Source: Heptranchias perlo (Eukaryota). From it: a stretch of 64,000 nucleotides of DNA. The translations under genes were made by a program, and so were the position numbers. This document shows, piece after piece, positions 12,791 to 25,014 of this stretch; the stretch's first letter is position 1, and each line of letters starts with the position of its first letter. The stretch covers positions 5,270,001-5,334,000 of the forward strand of contig NC_090340.1 of NCBI RefSeq assembly GCF_035084215.1, written 5' to 3'. The notes below the pieces were generated by a model, which saw only the letters and a program-made list of their open reading frames with translations, was not told where the DNA came from and searched no databases.

Positions 12791-14849
12791 GCTTGGAGGT
12801 GGGGAGGAGTGGGGTGTTGGTGGTGGGGGGTGTTGGGTCGGAGAAAGAGAAATGAACGAGGGTGCTCTGTGTCTATGGTTGCCACAGTTAATTGGCGCAA
12901 TAAATATATATATATAATGTAAATACATTTGTGAACTTTCTCTAATCGGTGTGTTTTATGGATGCGCCCACAGCATCAACGTCATTCGTCAAATCATTCA
13001 GTGGAGAGTAAATCAAAATTGCTCTGAATGTTGGGAACTGTGTGACAGTTTTTTTTAAGGAACAAGAGGATTTCCACAGTAGGGCGGTTGCGAGACACAA
13101 TTGGCAAAAATACACCAACTTAATTGAACCTGAAGGTTAACTCCAAGGAGCAAGGCACTGATCCTTGAATCATCACAGCGTTATTTTCTTTTCACTGTTT
13201 GCAAACCGTTGCCTAATTTCAAAACCTTAATTATTTATGTTAAACGACCAGCAAAAAAGAGTGCAGTTATTGGAGGGAAAATGGAACGCAGAAGAAAAGG
13301 AAAATAAGTTTGACGAATCGCACTGTTGCGCTTCAGTTCAGCATTAATAACAGAGCATCTTCGGGTCAGTGGGTTAGAAAAGAACCAAATGCTATTGTTA
13401 TAGCCATAGCGCACTAATATTGTATGTCAGAGGGCAAAATAAACAGTGAACAATTCGTCTGATAGGCACATCGGATAAAACCGAACATTATTTTAACTGT
13501 GAATGAATGAATGCTTTTCCTTTTGTAAGGAAGAGCTCCTAAGGCCTTGTTTAGGAGTAATTATAAAATTGAGGCAGCATAGCCAGTCTTTGCGCTTCAT
13601 TGGAACGAACATTTCCTCGTTACTATAAAGAGCGGGCGAACTGCTCCACCAATTTACCGCCCGGGCAATGAAGGTGAAAATTAACCCCAGACGCCGTTGT
13701 TGCATATTACCCTATGCGAGTGTACGCGTTCATTGTACAGTTTTGATAAATATGCCTGAGAATGCAATATATTTCACAGCCCGGGAAAGGGGCTTACACA
13801 TTGACCTCCCGGAGAGAGGGTAACAAACGTCTTGATCCGATACTGCCACTGCGTCGAAGTTGAACTTACTGCCCAGTCCTGATGTTGGTATTGCCGATCG
13901 GACGCCTGTTAAAAATACTGCCCATTGATTTCAAGGGAAATAAAAATCGTGCCGTTTCTACAACAGGCCGTCAATCCGTTGAAAATGTCCCCCAGTGGGG
14001 GTTATTTCAACATTACCAAGGTGTGGGGAACTGAGGCCATCAGATGCCCAGTTTTGATTTCAACGGAAAGTGAAACTAGGTGAGGTGATTTATCTAACGA
14101 TAAGGAATGGGAAGCACACTTTACACCTGCCAGATATTCTTTTCAATGGACAACAAAATCGCGCGGGTGTAAGGCGGACTACCGTTGAAGCCCAATTACA
14201 CCTCCATTTGTCGAGTGATATGTAAAGTTTGGATTTAATTTAGGTAACTCGAGAAAACAGCCTAAATGTAACAAACTTAAACTCTTAGAATATGTTATTG
14301 CAACTTGAGTAGCAAATTCTTCAAGAACAGAGTAGCCATTTCCCAGTTTTGAAATTGTTGCGTTTTAATAATATCAAATGCTGAATGCAAACTTCTTGGG
14401 TGGTAATGTATAGGTTTTCTTGTTCATCAGACATTCAAATTGTTTATACAGCTGGTTACAGAACTATTAAAAAGAAAAAAAAAGAAAAATTGGACAAATA
14501 ACAGAAGCCACCGAGGTGAGCTTTTGAAGAATAGCAACATGCTTACAATAAAAAAAAGACAATAAGCTGCATATTACATATAACCGTTCGGCCTTGGAAA
14601 CCAAATAACAATCTCCCAAAAATCAGCAAGCTAGCAAACTTTCACAACTGCGGGGCAAGTCAAAATCGAACCCATTACGCCTCTATATAATATGCCATTA
14701 TTTGAGATTCGAAATGCATACGAATATTTGGTCAATCGTTGGTACACAATTTCAAATAATGATTTAGCAATATAACATTGGCTTTTTGCACATTGCCTTT
14801 CACGCTACTATTTTAAATTCGTCCTATTTAAGTTTATTTCCTTCGAATA

Positions 14850-16949
14850 AATTGTCTAATTTCTCAGTCTGCCCCAAAGGGAAAAACAGATTGTGGAGAG
14901 TAAGAAAATGACCATTATCTCCTAAATCTAAAACGGCATAACATGGAAATCGTGAACTTCCCAGCTATACGCTGTTCTTCTTCTGTTGGGTTAATTAGCA
15001 GCAATAGTTCTTGAATTGTAAATTCCAGCAGTTTCAATCCTCCGATCTCTCATGTCTTGTTTCTTTTCGGATCTCTAAACACTAAAATCAGAAGATTGTT
15101 TAGATTATTTCTAATTATTTGATCACTTGAGCACTATCATTGGTTCTTGATTTTGTTTTCAACCCAAATGCATTTCTTTAGCGTCTCACTGTGAGTTCCC
15201 CCAATTTCTGTCGAAGTTGAAGCAGAAGATCGGGAGAGCTCCGCGCAGAACATTCTGGCGTTTTAGATATAACCGATAACATAGTGAAGATGCTAATACG
15301 TCGATCTTTAATTTGGCTCAAACAAACTTAGTTTCAATGGCTTTGTTACAAATAGCAAATTCTTCACCCGGCTTCGCCGCAACTTCGACCAATGCAACAG
15401 GGCAACCGCGCATCAATCTATTATTCTGTTCTTTTTCAGGAACGGAAGTTAGGGAGATGACCCCCAAGTGGAATTCTGCCCTCATGATTATGTTTGTTGT
15501 ACAAAGAACCAGAAGATGAACGGTGGGTGCATAAATTTGCGACTTATAACGGGTCTCCCTCTAACTCCGGCAGGAGATTTGGGAAAGTCCCAGGAAAATG
15601 GCATAACCTGAAAACTGAAATTTACCTGTTCATCTGGAGCTTCCCAGGAAGTGGTAAGTAATTTTCTCAGTAAACCTATTTAATCGATTGGGGCCTGGAA
15701 TTCCACTAGTGTTCTCCCGCTTTCCTTCCCTACCGTTGGTGGGGAAGCCAAGAAAAAATGGCTTAAACCGCTAAAATGGTCGTTTGCGCCCTCCATGTGG
15801 CGTTTCCACCTGTCTAATATCGATGTTAGGCGGGACATCGGTGGATGTTTTAGAGTCTTGGATAATAAATGCCCCTCCAGTCACAATTTAGGCGGTAATA
15901 CTCTACCTGAAGAATTCAATTTCGCGGGTTCTCCACGACATTCCGTGTAACTTTGGCGGTACATAATTGTGACCTCGGGAAAAGACTCAAGCGGATAAAA
16001 CCTTCAATGCATATCAATTCGCCAATGTTTCCGCTGAAGTTAAAGCCGGAGATTGGGAGAATCAGACAGAAATCACCTCTTCCTAGAATTTCGGTAATTC
16101 TATGGAGCTCTTCATCTACGTTTTTAAAGGAAATTTTTAAAATTTATGATACCAGAATTTCGGAGATTCTCCCTATCCGCCGCCGTAACTTCGACAAAAA
16201 AAAATTTTACAAGCGGATTAGCGGGAGAACCCCGACGGAAGATTACCCCGGACAAGCGGGAGTGTCCCGTAGATATTCCCTCAATTTTATCATAGATTAA
16301 TTTATATTGGAGTAATAATTATTGGTAATACTGAATGAAATCTTATCTTTTGAAACAAATCGTTTGGCGGTAATCCACAATGATGATGGCCAGCATCTAA
16401 AGGAGGTAAATAGCTGATATAAATTGGGATATCAAATCAATTCGGGAAAAATTGTCAGCACCTGCAAAATGTACATAAAACAGAAGTGCAGTGTTTTATG
16501 TTCTACTGAGAAACTTCACAATAATATTAAATAAATAAACAAATGGATGAATTAATGCATGGATGAACAAATAATTGAACGAATGAATGAATGAATTAAT
16601 TAATTATACAGAGGAAGGACGCAAATTGCTGTTTCGGTCCTGTGGTATTGCTAACTTGATTACTTTTATTGACGATAACTTTTACTGTATTTGCTTTTTA
16701 GAAATGTAACAACATGATCATCACAATATCAGGCTCTAGCTGCGCTACTCTAAATATTGAGTGTGCAATGAATAAAGAATTGTTTGGACAGAATCCGATC
16801 ACAAGATTTTCTTCTATTTCCAAAAGAGTATGTAATTCAGATCCAAGTTACTCGAAATCTGGTGGAGCAGTGGCTGATGTGTTGTACTTAAGTGCGATCT
16901 AAGCATTGTAAAGCGGCTGGGCTTGTCCTTGCACTATCTCAATAGAGCA
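14850..16949 (-). pseudogene. Ig-superfamily receptor paralogue 3 remnant: decayed C1 exon (~16664-16949), TM exon (16348-16461), putative cytoplasmic exons (15190-15254; from 15074)
   Basis: C1-like IVQGQAQPLYNA*IALK[C>Y]NTSATAPPDFE/VTW has the same IV-to-C and C-to-W spacing as paralogue 1. The 114-nt TM exon GADNFSRIDLISQFISAIYLL*MLAIIIVDYRQTICFK is colinear with the paralogue 2 TM exon. Out-of-frame CYAVLDL near 14923-14943. Confidence 0.55.
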
Positions 16950-18200
16950 CTGCAACAAATTGCATTTTCTTTTCATGATATAAACCCGCGATTCACTATC
17001 CCAATATTATTGATGTTGAAACTAACCAATACTCCGTTAGAAATTGATGCAAAACAATGTTAGGCTGAAAGGGCGCCAGTGAATTTTGTCATCGGTCTAA
17101 TTAGGCTAATTTCAATTTTACCTGGAAGGCAATGAAGGAAAATAAAATGTCTGATTCTGTATCCAGAGCTCATCGTCTTGAAGCAGCGCTGATTGAGAGG
17201 TCCAGAATTTCCCGAATTTCCATTCTTTTAAAATAAAGGGACGGAGGATCATGCACCGCCTATTCATAGCTTCTGGCCAGCGCTTCCTGTCATCCCTGCT
17301 CCGTCCCAGGACTGACGGTCGGCGGACAAAGCGCCAATGGGGTAGATTTTGAGCTGTCTCTTAAGCGTTTGACGGAGTCCAAAGCCTCATTACTAAAATG
17401 GCCGCAGACTGCTCCAAATTTTCAGTCCAATGATTTCAGTTGTGAGAAGTTTCTGCGCGATTATTCAATAAACGTTTCCAAACCCACCTTCATACAGGAC
17501 TATCTACCCAACGTTTACATTATGAAAATAAATCTGACACGTTCAATGCCTCATATCCTTCTCTTTTAAAAAAAACATTTTTTTCGGTATATGCGCGTCG
17601 CTGGGAAGGCCCACGTTTATCGCCCAACCTTGAGTCACTCAGAATGTTTATGACAGGTAAATATTCCTAACACCAATTTTGGCACATGATCAGGTCAATA
17701 TGATTTTGAACCTATCAGATTACTACTTTTTTTTCCAAACTGAATATTTGAGTAGAGAATGTGTCACTATTTTAAAATATTTTCCTCCTTCTAATGATCG
17801 CCTCGTCACATCATGTTCTATAAATCAGAATAGTGAGATAAAATGATCTCAGGCGCCCTGCTTGTCTGAAGACAGATTCTACTGCAACCATTCAACTGAG
17901 GGCGAATGTAGCCCGAGTTTACTTTTGCCGATGCTGATGTTGGGCCAATGTGGCTCTTACTCGCCCGGCGCTCTCGTGCTCATCGACAATGGTGCATCAG
18001 TAGCCGGACAGCAGCGTTTCAATAAGCATTCAGCTTTCTGCACTTTTGCAAACTAGTTACAAAATGAACTCAGTTCACATTTTATGCACTCGGGTCCCAA
18101 GGCCTTGAAAATAGAGAGAGAATTGTGCCTGCTCGTGCATTGCAATTATCTTCGCCTTCCACCTCGCTTCTGTTCAGGATTATAATGAGTATTAGCTCCC

Positions 18201-18362
18201 TGGGGTGCATTTTCAACGTGCTGCCGGGGCGTAAAAATGGCGTTGTGCATCAGCAGATACATAGAAGCCTCACGATTTTTATTAAATCAGGCGGTTTCTC
18301 AAACGGGCGGCCCACCAGCAACGCTAGTTTCACACCCGGGCCTCTAGTTAAAAACCTACCCA
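18201..18362. mobile_element. MITE-like element (Harbinger-type ends)
   Basis: Imperfect TIRs GGGGTGCATTTTCAAC / GTTAAAAACCTACCC. Similar ends at 38308-38388. Confidence 0.45.
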
Positions 18363-18889
18363 TTTATTTATATTTTATGTCACTCCACCTACATGTTGGT
18401 GAAGTTTTTTTTTACAGGCGCACGGCAAGTGAAAGGAGCTTTAAAATGATCCCAAATGACCTTTCGATGAGATCAATCTTGTTTTTTGACCTTACTTGTT
18501 TGTTAGACATTTCACCACTGCATATTTCTTTGAATAGGATGTTTGTTTGATTTAAACCTTACCGCTTGATTCCGCCAAACCAACAAACCTGCGCCCGCGA
18601 GCCGCTTTGCTTCACCGAAGCACGAAGTACAGCAGCACATGCAAAATGTCACGCTTTTCCGCCAATAGGACATGCAAGTGCCACTTTAAGAAGCTTTTAA
18701 GTCTATTTCTCCTACTGCCTAGAAAAGCACACTCTCCGTTTGTGACTCTAAACGCACTGGGAGCGGACCAGCTGCATTTTAATCATGGGAGAGCGGAAAA
18801 CCGATGGAAGTGAGCTTTGTGGCCGAACAGCGTAAAATGTTATGGCCAAAATCTGTAACATCGCTATGTTACTGGGGACAGAATTTCCG

Positions 18890-20310
18890 CACTGAGCTTC
18901 TATCCTTTACGCTCTTGTTCAAAAGCTACCTATATCTGTGACACTATGTTGCTCTCTGCCGCGTTAACGATTTAATTTACTCCAGACTCGGTAACTCCAT
19001 TTTCCTCATGTATAAACATGCCCTCCAGCGATCATCCCTTACCGTGAGTGTCCCCGGGCCCTGAATTCTCTGAGCAGTGATCCAACCAGTCCTTCCCCAA
19101 CGTCGTCCTCTGCCTGGATGGACTTAATCATCCCTTGAAGAACTTCTCTTTTAACCCCACTCACTTATTCCCTATCAAGGGGTTAAGATGAGAATATACT
19201 TGGATCCTAGTTATGCCTGTATTTTTTTTGAGGCTATGTGGAACACTTTGTTTCAGTCCTACTCTGCTTACATATTTCATCTCTAATCATTGTTTCCCTC
19301 CTCTGCTTTCGTTTCTGGCAAAGGACTTTGCTCAGATCGTCGTTTACAAACCTATTGACTCTAAATACTGCATGAATTGTGTCTTTCCTAGCCTGCTTCA
19401 CGTGAAGGCTACTCCGGCTTCTCCCATTTCATCTCTGTCATTACGTCTCTAATCACGCAACTTGCTATGCCAGAACAACCAATTCTGCCACACTACGTCG
19501 ATGAACAGGATCCTTTACTGTTTCTGTCCTATCTCCCAGACTTCAATGGAAAGAAAAATCGGGTGATAGAAAACGGGCTGCCTATTGTCTATTACCTGTT
19601 TTACACCATTGCACAAAGTCCAAATTACCGCCAGTGTCGTTCAAACTGCAGCACATGCCATGTGGTTCGAACGTTCATTTTAGTAACCTCAAAGCTATGA
19701 TATCCTGTATCTTCTATAAAGCAGGGGATGCTTGAGATGTGATGTGGATATATCTGTGTCCAAACGTATGGAAGGTGGATTGATTTTTGGAAACTCGTTG
19801 TCAGAAATTAGCGCTGAGCCTGTGATGTTGATCTGTGACTTCATGTTATCAGGAAAGGCGCCAGTCCAATTTTGCATTTTAATTAAAATATGTTGCATTT
19901 GCACTCTGTTTATGTTCGTTTTTTTGTTTCTTTTCTCCCCTGTCTCTTTTTTCACTGTAATCCGATTTGGATCTTACCCCGTGTATTTCCACCTTACACA
20001 ACTTATAATCTCTGATACCTTTAAAACACTTTCTCCTGCCTCACTCATGTTTCCTACCGTCTAGCAGTTTTAGGTAAGCACTTTATAGTAATATTAGTCC
20101 CTCGTTACAACTGGGTTGCATGTGGATTCTATCCCTCTTACGTTTTCCCTCCCCTTTTCCAATCAGGTCGGTTCACCTTTTAATCTTCAGTTCTGATGAA
20201 CCAATACCCTACTGATACACCGTGACCTCTACTTTCTCTCCACAGATGTTGTCTGTCCTGTTGTGTATTGATTTTCTTCTTATTTCAGGTTTAGAGCTTT
20301 AGCCATTTTT
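18890..20310 (+). mobile_element. Degenerate Penelope-like element
   Basis: Decayed PLE RT motifs: approx. KGV.M....GPSYAC.F..YVE at 19170-19250 and YKPIDS at ~19345. Terminal segment CAGTTCTGATGAA...TCTCTCCACAGATG at 20188-20250. Confidence 0.65.
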
Positions 20311-20914
20311 GATTAGATTTTAATTTGCATCTGTATGGTAAGTGATTCGACTGCATCATTCGCTAGGCAAAGATTAGCCTTCTCCGTAATCAAATTCAAA
20401 TAACATGAGCTTTATTATAGAAAGTCAGTGCAAGTCTGAAAGGTTTATTATTTATTCACGGCTTTCCCATTGGCTAACGTCTACCTTTCTCACAAAACAT
20501 GCACAATCAGGCTGCCTTCAGCTGGATATGGATCTGACGGATTGAGAGCAGAATGTGAAAAACATTTTAAATTTCATTGAAGAACAAAGGAAAAAAGTTA
20601 ACTGAAAAGGGAAACAATACATTGGAGTGTATTTTGCATTAAACAAAAGTATGACATCTAAATTTCAACGTTTCACGGTTTTTACACCGGTATTATGCCG
20701 GGGTGCATGAAAAGCTAGAGAGAATCATACCCCTTACAGTTCCAGCAATCTAAAGATGATGTTGCCTGTCTGGAAGCCGAACTGTCGCTGTTGTTACAGA
20801 CCAGTAACAGCAATGTCGAAGCATCCTATGTTGCAGTAGTTCTGGATATGTTCCTTTAACACTGAATTGAAAAAAAAGAAATATCTGCAGGTTGTAATTA
20901 TTCCGGCATCTTAC

Positions 20915-21226
20915 CCGGGTTCCAAATAGTTTCCAAATAAACAGCTAACTTCGGAGTCTGGAGTGCGGTGTAAGATACCAAACAAGTAAAATAGATCCCT
21001 CTCTGGAGTGGCTGTACCTCTTGCAGAATACTGGAAGCTTCATAGAGTCCCGCTGAGTTCAGATGCTTCGTGGTTTTTGTCATGGTTACAATGTTCCTTT
21101 TATTTTTATACCAGCTGAGAGTGAGAGTCTCCGGGTTAAACCCAAGCGTTTCGCATACGAGATTCAGAGAAATATTTGAATTTCTGTCAGGTGCTTTGGA
21201 GACAATCGTCGGTGAAGCTGGCGGAG
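20915..21226 (-). CDS. C1-set Ig domain exon, open, phase 1/1 (paralogue 1)
   Basis: LNLVCETLGFNPETLTLSWYK..GLYEASSIL..YFTCLVSY. AG acceptor, GTAAG donor, 312 nt. Confidence 0.88.
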
Positions 21227-23237
21227 CTATAGCGCGGTCTAGGTAAACCAAAAATAAACCCCGTCCTTTTAAATTTAGAAGATTATTTACTTTAGTATTG
21301 CATTTCCCCAAATTCAAATCAATTGAGATGATTCATAATCAGCATGTGTTTGTTGAATTTCATTGAAATGAAAATAATACTATTGTACTTACTTGCCGGA
21401 CATCTGCTACTTTCATAAATGCTCAAGAAACAGCTGTATTTATAGTGCGTTTTCTCACGTCTCTCACAAGCATAACAATAATCTCACATACAGGGAATTA
21501 CCTTCAATTGCAGTAATTAATGGTTGTAATGTTGACAAACACAACCGGCCCATGCTTCGACCAGTAAATCCCACAAATAGCAACAAATAGCTCATCTTTT
21601 TCTATTGTTCTGGATTGACTGGGGAATTCTGGACAAAACAACGGGATATTGCTCGCTTTCATTCCAACAATTCATTGGGATATATGGATTCCTCAATGAA
21701 AAGCTCACGGAGTTGTTTGGATAGCTGTCCCCAAATACAGCAATATTCCCTCACTACTAAATTAAAGCGTCAGACTAGATTAATCCCTAAATCCTGCAAT
21801 ATAGCTGGAATTCAAGGTCTGGAATTTGTACAGCAGTTCTCCGATCTCCCCCCGCGAACCGGCAATAGATCGGCTCGAACCCTGCCACACGGCATATACG
21901 CTGTTCAGTCAACGTTTACGCCGATATTCTGCCGAATTTAGAGCAGATCATGATCCCAGGAGAAAGTCAATCCTCACTGCACCTCCCCCTCCCCGAAAAA
22001 AACGTCTTTCTGATTTAGAGCAAAAGTGCAATTAACTGTGCGAAAATAAGACCCTGAGCTGGATATGTGATTTCCCCACCAACTTTCCACCAGATATTCT
22101 GAATTAGATGCGGACTAACAGTATGACTAACGCTCTAAATAAAAAAAAATATCTCGTCACATCTCACTTTCCGCTGCAATCAGCGCTATGAGTGCAAAAA
22201 AATCCATTTTGTTCCTAAGCCGGGGTCTTGTTATCAATTACGTCAGTTTTGAGGAAAGGTATATAAGAACATAATCGTAATGTTTATTTTTAAAAGTCAG
22301 ATTATTAACACAAATAGGCGTCTGTTACTGTCACTGACTTCAAGTGCGGAACGAAACTTAAAAACAACAGTGATAACAATCCAAAAACAGATGATTTGTG
22401 TGGTTGCATCTTTAGAGTCTGAAAGTGCTTTATAAATGAAATTCCTATTTTGATTTATGAACATTTTCGATATAGCTGTTGCTGGAACGTTATTTTGCAT
22501 CGACCCCGGGATATATTGGTGGGAACTTTTCCCACATCATCGGTTGGTTTTAATTTTAGAATTGTATTTTGTCTTTGTACTCGACAATACATTTTGAAAC
22601 GATCAAACTTTCAGCCTTTGGATTTGTGAGAATGTACTCAATGTGATCTCTTTTTTACAATCAGAACATTGCATGCATTCCCTGCGGATAAAGGTCATTC
22701 CACTCAATGTGTTAATAAAGCATCGACAAATTATTTCATAATGTCTGTAATTTTGCCTGAGTTTGAGTAACATTGTATATTGTTTCAAAATATACATGAG
22801 GTACTATTCGCGCTGTTTTTAATTTGCAATTTATGCACTGAAGGCATTTAACATAGATTGTCATTGTGAATATTCAGTCGTGATATGAAGAATCCATGAT
22901 AATAGATACAAAAAAATGTACAGGTCTCTGTGCTATTTTTAGACATTGAAATTATTTGTGACACAATTCTTACCAACTTACGGAACACGATGCACACAAA
23001 AACACCGATTGGTCCATCCAGGTTATTTCACACAGTTGTGATGCCTTGTGCATCACAATATATACACGCCACCCTACCCGGTGTCGCGTTATTTCCCGGG
23101 AGAGGCAAATAAATAGATAAAAAAACAAAGGTAATGAGGGAAAATATCTCGAACATTCCTCTCCGACGATTGGAATTAGTCCAGGAGACCACTGCGGCCC
23201 TGATTACAACGACCCCATCCCTTGCAATATCACTTAA

Positions 23238-23553
23238 GGTGGACAACAAGTCTTGATCCAGGTCCGATTCTGATCGTGTTTCTCTGGTGTTTGACTCCGC
23301 AGTAATGAACCCAGCAAGCTGGAGACGGACTCAAGGAGCTGGAGAGAACCTTGTCCTTTCCTAATAATAAATAGTTTCCTCCTGTCTGAGATTGTTTGCA
23401 GAAATACGGTTTCGCCGAATCTCTACCAGTCAACATTCACTTGTGAATTTGCTGGAAAATGAGTGAACGCACAAGCGAAGGTAATGTTTGCAACGACCGT
23501 AACAAACTTGCTTTGGGAACTTTGTGACAAATGAAGCACGGCATCGCCAACAA
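23238..23553 (-). pseudogene. V-set exon with germline J-like end (paralogue 1)
   Basis: NITFAC..VNVDW* (TGG>TAG), GSLQLL, frameshift, then VHYCGV..IGPGSRLVVH. The donor reads CTTAAG instead of GGTAAG. Confidence 0.85.
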
Positions 23554-25014
23554 CTGTGAAAAAAACCATGTAAACTGCAACTAACCAATTGAAACCTGAA
23601 GGGAAATGGTTGATAGATAGAGATAGACAGTCGAGTAGCAACAGACACCAAGATAGATATAAAAAGAGGCGATTACGGAAATAACCTGTGAAGATCATCT
23701 TCAGAATTACGATGTACTGAAGCACAGCGCGAACAAACATATTGAAGAAAGGGAGTTACTGTTTGCTGCCAACAAACAGGAAACTTTTTTTTTAATGGCA
23801 AAACCATTTCGTCTAATCCCCTGTAAACTATGAAGCAATCACATGTGACACCACACGTTTACAGCAGGCGTGCAATGAAATAAATGAAGAGGTGCAATGT
23901 GTTAGTGTAGCTATGTAGTTTGTATGGTTTGAAACATCACGCAAAAACAGACTTAAGATGACACAAAACAAAGACCACGCTTTTTAGCGCTGTATCCGGT
24001 ATATCGGTTGAAATAATGTTCAGCCCCAACAACAGACTGATAATATGGGCTTCTGAGTCACACTGGTGTTCAAAGTAATTGTATTGGAAAAGTGAAAGTG
24101 CTGATAAGCTGATACATAATACAAAAGTAGTTTGTACTTGCTGCTTTCGCCGGCATCTCGTTCTCACCTGAGGTGACCAGTCTGTGCAATTTAATGGTAA
24201 ACGCAGTTTTATCTTGTTCAGCTGAACAAACAGTCGGTTTTATGTTGCTCATTTCCACCTAACGCGCTTTCAAATATTTGAACTGAGGACATGTTTAATT
24301 AATGTCAGCTCTTTCATTACCTGCGTAATATCATGTACAGCGCAAAGTGCCCCAGAAAACACAAACAGGATGCGTTAGGTTTCGGACCGGAGATGTGTAT
24401 TCATATTAATCTGCCAAAAAGGCTGATCCCTTCCCAACTTTACTACCATTGATGTGCTAATGGAAAGTTTAATTCAAACCCTTAACGGGTTTCTCAAAGA
24501 AACTACTGTTTTTGAATGTAAAATAATGAACAATATATTCAGCACAGCACTTACATTATGTAGAGTTCTGCTGGCAGCTGGTATTTTCTCATTTTCAATT
24601 GAAAGTTATCAGCTCTCTGGCATTGAAAATACAACGTTTTCTTTGACGGACCTGCAGCAGTCATTGGGTTAGAACTTGCCTTTGAGCGATAGTGCAAAAC
24701 GGGTGGAAGCGAGTCGGCAGCCTGTTTTACATCCCTCCCTATTTTTATTTCCATTCCTCTGTCCTCTAATTAAGCAAAATCAAGATTGGCACCTCGAGAG
24801 GCCGCGTAGTGCCGAATCAACGGGCGCTACACGGCACAATTCAGCAACCTATGCCTGCATATCTTATTCATCTGACTCCAATGGAAGTAAACATCACACT
24901 ATTGCATAGTCAAGATGTCGGCCCATATGTCTATATCCTGCTGCTAATACCCGTTTTCCTCTACTTTGTTTCTGCAAGACTGCATTCAAGTATCGGTGGT
25001 GTTCATATTGTTAT

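Larger units (their letters stand above)
20731..23740 (-). pseudogene. Ig-superfamily VJ-C1 receptor paralogue 1 (SIRP/NCR3-like), pseudogene
   Basis: Leader 23686-23740 (MFVRAVLQYIVILKMIFT, phase 1); V exon ~23238-23553; open C1 exon 20915-21226; decayed TM-like exon 20731-20861 ending in a GTATGA donor like paralogue 2. Confidence 0.85.

Noticed and set aside
15450-16280. CpG-rich, partly self-complementary tracts (also ~13650-14210, ~21620-22090, ~29820-30150, ~45540-46170)
   Set aside because: Probably eroded MITEs or DNA transposons, but TIRs and boundaries could not be defined reliably.
16520-16610. (GAAT/AAAT)n tract as an array
   Set aside because: Ordinary degenerate microsatellite. 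No CRISPR-like repeat-spacer structure was seen anywhere in the window.
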